Origin: a virus
Strand: one strand, 5' to 3'
IMG/VR virus record: IMGVR_UViG_3300045988_015706
Length of the DNA: 42,047 bases
Both the position numbers and the translations under genes were made by a program. The notes beneath the pieces are model-generated. The model was not told where the DNA came from and did not search any database. It was given only the letters and a program-made list of their open reading frames with translations. How positions within the stretch are numbered: position 1 is the first letter of the stretch; every line of letters begins with the position of its first letter. This document shows positions 40,638 to 42,047 of the stretch, one piece after another.

Positions 40638-41204
40638 TTATGCGCCCGTAGTAGGAGTATTCGTAGGAGCAACCCACGCGTTGTACTTAGCCATCGGAGT
40701 CGGGCAGATAGCACTCATAGGAACAATCGTGTCCGTGATCTTACCAAGCGTACCCATGATGTTCGCAATAGTACCATCAAGGCAACCGAACTTCGCCTGA
40801 GTCGTCAGAGCAAGCTCATTAACCTTACCAAGAACAATCTGTTCACGAAGTTCCTGCTTTTCACAGCAACACTTAAGCTCAGCCTGAAGTTTAGCGAGTT
40901 CCACACGGTTGTTCGCAGATTCATCAGCCAGAGGCTTAATATAAGCAAAGGCTTCATCACGAAGTCTACGGTTATCAGTCAAGGACTGCATGTAGACTTC
41001 TTTAGCATTCTTGTCGGAATAGTTCTCTGCCTTCAGCTGAGAGTTCTCAGCCTGAAGAGCAGAGATAGTAGCCTGATTGCCATTGCCAAAGAGACCGCCA
41101 AGAACACCACCGTTACCTCCATTGTTGAGGAGACCAAGAGCAGTACCCGCGATGCCAAGACCAAGACCTGAGCCTGCAACACCCTTAGAAGCAAATTCTG
41201 CCAT
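40638..41204 (-). CDS. Gly-zipper / coiled-coil protein with a CCC motif (188 aa)
   Basis: The N-terminus is GVAGSGLGLGIAGTALGLLNNGGNGGVLGGLFGNG, followed by heptad-like QAENSQLKAEN...ELAKLQAELKCCCEKQELREQ. Function unknown. Confidence 0.6.
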   Translation of the reverse strand: MAEFASKGVAGSGLGLGIAGTALGLLNNGGNGGVLGGLFGNGNQATISALQAENSQLKAENYSDKNAKEVYMQSLTDNRRLRDEAFAYIKPLADESANNRVELAKLQAELKCCCEKQELREQIVLGKVNELALTTQAKFGCLDGTIANIMGTLGKITDTIVPMSAICPTPMAKYNAWVAPTNTPTTGA

Positions 41205-41289
41205 AATAAAGATTCCTTATAAAATAAAGTAACTTAGATAAAGAAAACAAGGTGTACATAGTTACCCAAAGAACGCCTTGGATATAACC

Positions 41290-41673
41290 TTAGATCCCTA
41301 CCTTAGCGAGACCCAAGGGTTCCGATTCAGAGTCTTTACAGAGGAACTTAGGCACATCAGGCCAATGGACATCCCTAGGAAAACCTTCCTGTTTAGGTAC
41401 GTCTCTAAGAGCCTGTCTGTAGACCTTAAGTTCTTCAAGGTTCTGAGGATTCGAAGGATAGTCAGGCATGAGATAGTAGTCAGTCTCACCAATGAGATTG
41501 TCTCTCTTATCTCTGATTGCCTCAGCAATCATCGAATCGTCAGGTTCAGGATTCTGAATAATTTGATACCTACCGTCTACCTGTTGAATACTACAGTCAC
41601 CTCTGGTGTTACACCATACAGCGGCTTCAGGAGGGTATTCGCCATCGAAAACTTTTCCTATAGAAAAATCCAT
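41290..41673 (-). CDS. Tail-fibre assembly / chaperone-like protein (DUF4376-like)
   Basis: 127 aa. ...IRDKRDNLIGETDYYLMPDYP...ELKVYRQALRDVPKQEGFPRDVHWPDVP matches the R..LL..tDw...YRq.LRDip...fP..v.WP pattern of fibre-assembly chaperones. It lies directly after a fibre gene. Confidence 0.6.
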   Translation of the reverse strand: MDFSIGKVFDGEYPPEAAVWCNTRGDCSIQQVDGRYQIIQNPEPDDSMIAEAIRDKRDNLIGETDYYLMPDYPSNPQNLEELKVYRQALRDVPKQEGFPRDVHWPDVPKFLCKDSESEPLGLAKVGI

Positions 41674-41685
41674 TTCTTCACACCT

Positions 41686-42047
41686 TTAATACCCAGAACA
41701 ATAGAAATGTACATAAGATACATAGTCATTCGCTGATGCCCCAGTGCCTGTAACAGTGACGGAGCTAGTTGTCTGACTAACAACTTTAAGGGTAGCCCAA
41801 CCGTATCCACCCTCACCTGTAACAACAGTAGTGTAAGTGGCATTAGAAAAGGTAGTTGGTAATGTGAAAGTTCTATATGGATCATCACCGCCAGTCCAAA
41901 CTTTCAATTCAAGTCTCCCACCCTGTTCTAGCAAACCATCACTCCATCTACGGTACCACTGTGCCCCACTCCTCCACGTTTTAGTAACATAGGCTTTCGG
42001 CTTATCGCTCAAACTGTTAAAACTCCCGGTCTTCGCAACGGGTGCCA
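41686..42047 (-). CDS. Tail-fibre-like protein, 3' part of the wrap-around gene (see 1..155)
   Basis: The frame is continuous with 155..1 through the 55-bp overlap. The C-terminal ...WRSGAQWYRRWSDGLLEQGG... resembles fibre-tip (gp53-like C-terminal) domains. Confidence 0.7.
   Translation of the reverse strand, partial: APVAKTGSFNSLSDKPKAYVTKTWRSGAQWYRRWSDGLLEQGGRLELKVWTGGDDPYRTFTLPTTFSNATYTTVVTGEGGYGWATLKVVSQTTSSVTVTGTGASANDYVSYVHFYCSGY
41993..42047. repeat. Second copy of the 55-bp assembly overlap
   Basis: Identical to 1-55. Confidence 0.9.

Overview
This window is a complete, circularly closed genome of a T7-like podovirus (Autographiviridae type). The unique length is 41,992 bp; bases 1-55 are identical to 41993-42047, an assembly overlap that falls inside a gene. 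All protein genes and both tRNAs are on the minus strand. In the phage's own orientation (descending coordinates) the map is:
- a ~1.2-kb non-coding control/junction region (34223->33014);
- GC-rich early orphan genes (33013->30473);
- the single-subunit RNA polymerase (29884->27248);
- a DNA-metabolism block: SSB, endonuclease I, amidase, an embedded spanin pair, tRNA-Arg and tRNA-Leu, ThyX, primase-helicase, DNA polymerase, exonuclease;
- the T7-type structural block: gp6.7/7.3-like proteins, portal, scaffold, capsid, tail tube A/B, internal core proteins, and a fibre module that wraps the window ends;
- cargo genes (class III RNR NrdD, MazG-like);
- holin, small terminase and large terminase.
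I found six copies of a phage-specific promoter (TAATAAAATCCATACTCCTA|GGGAGAG on the minus strand) by eye.
The most notable observations are:
1. The large-terminase gene is split exactly at its Walker-B motif by a 780-nt element. It has canonical group I intron P1/P10 pairings and carries an HNH-type ORF.
2. The non-coding region packs consensus sigma70 promoters in both orientations, five co-oriented DnaA boxes (a 24-bp exact repeat), a perfect FNR/CRP-type palindrome and several repeat arrays.
3. GCTAGC palindrome pairs are concentrated in the early region and sit just 5' of early-gene ribosome-binding sites.
4. A phiOR-like phage promoter is fused at +1 to an 18-bp strand-specific RNA hairpin followed by a U5 tract.
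5. A perfect 51-bp tandem duplication places two phage promoters directly after the RNAP gene.
6. A GNAT gene is flanked by two small MG(G)LFS- paralogues.
No database search or RNA folding was possible. Homology calls rest on recalled T7 protein sequences and on motifs visible in the translations.
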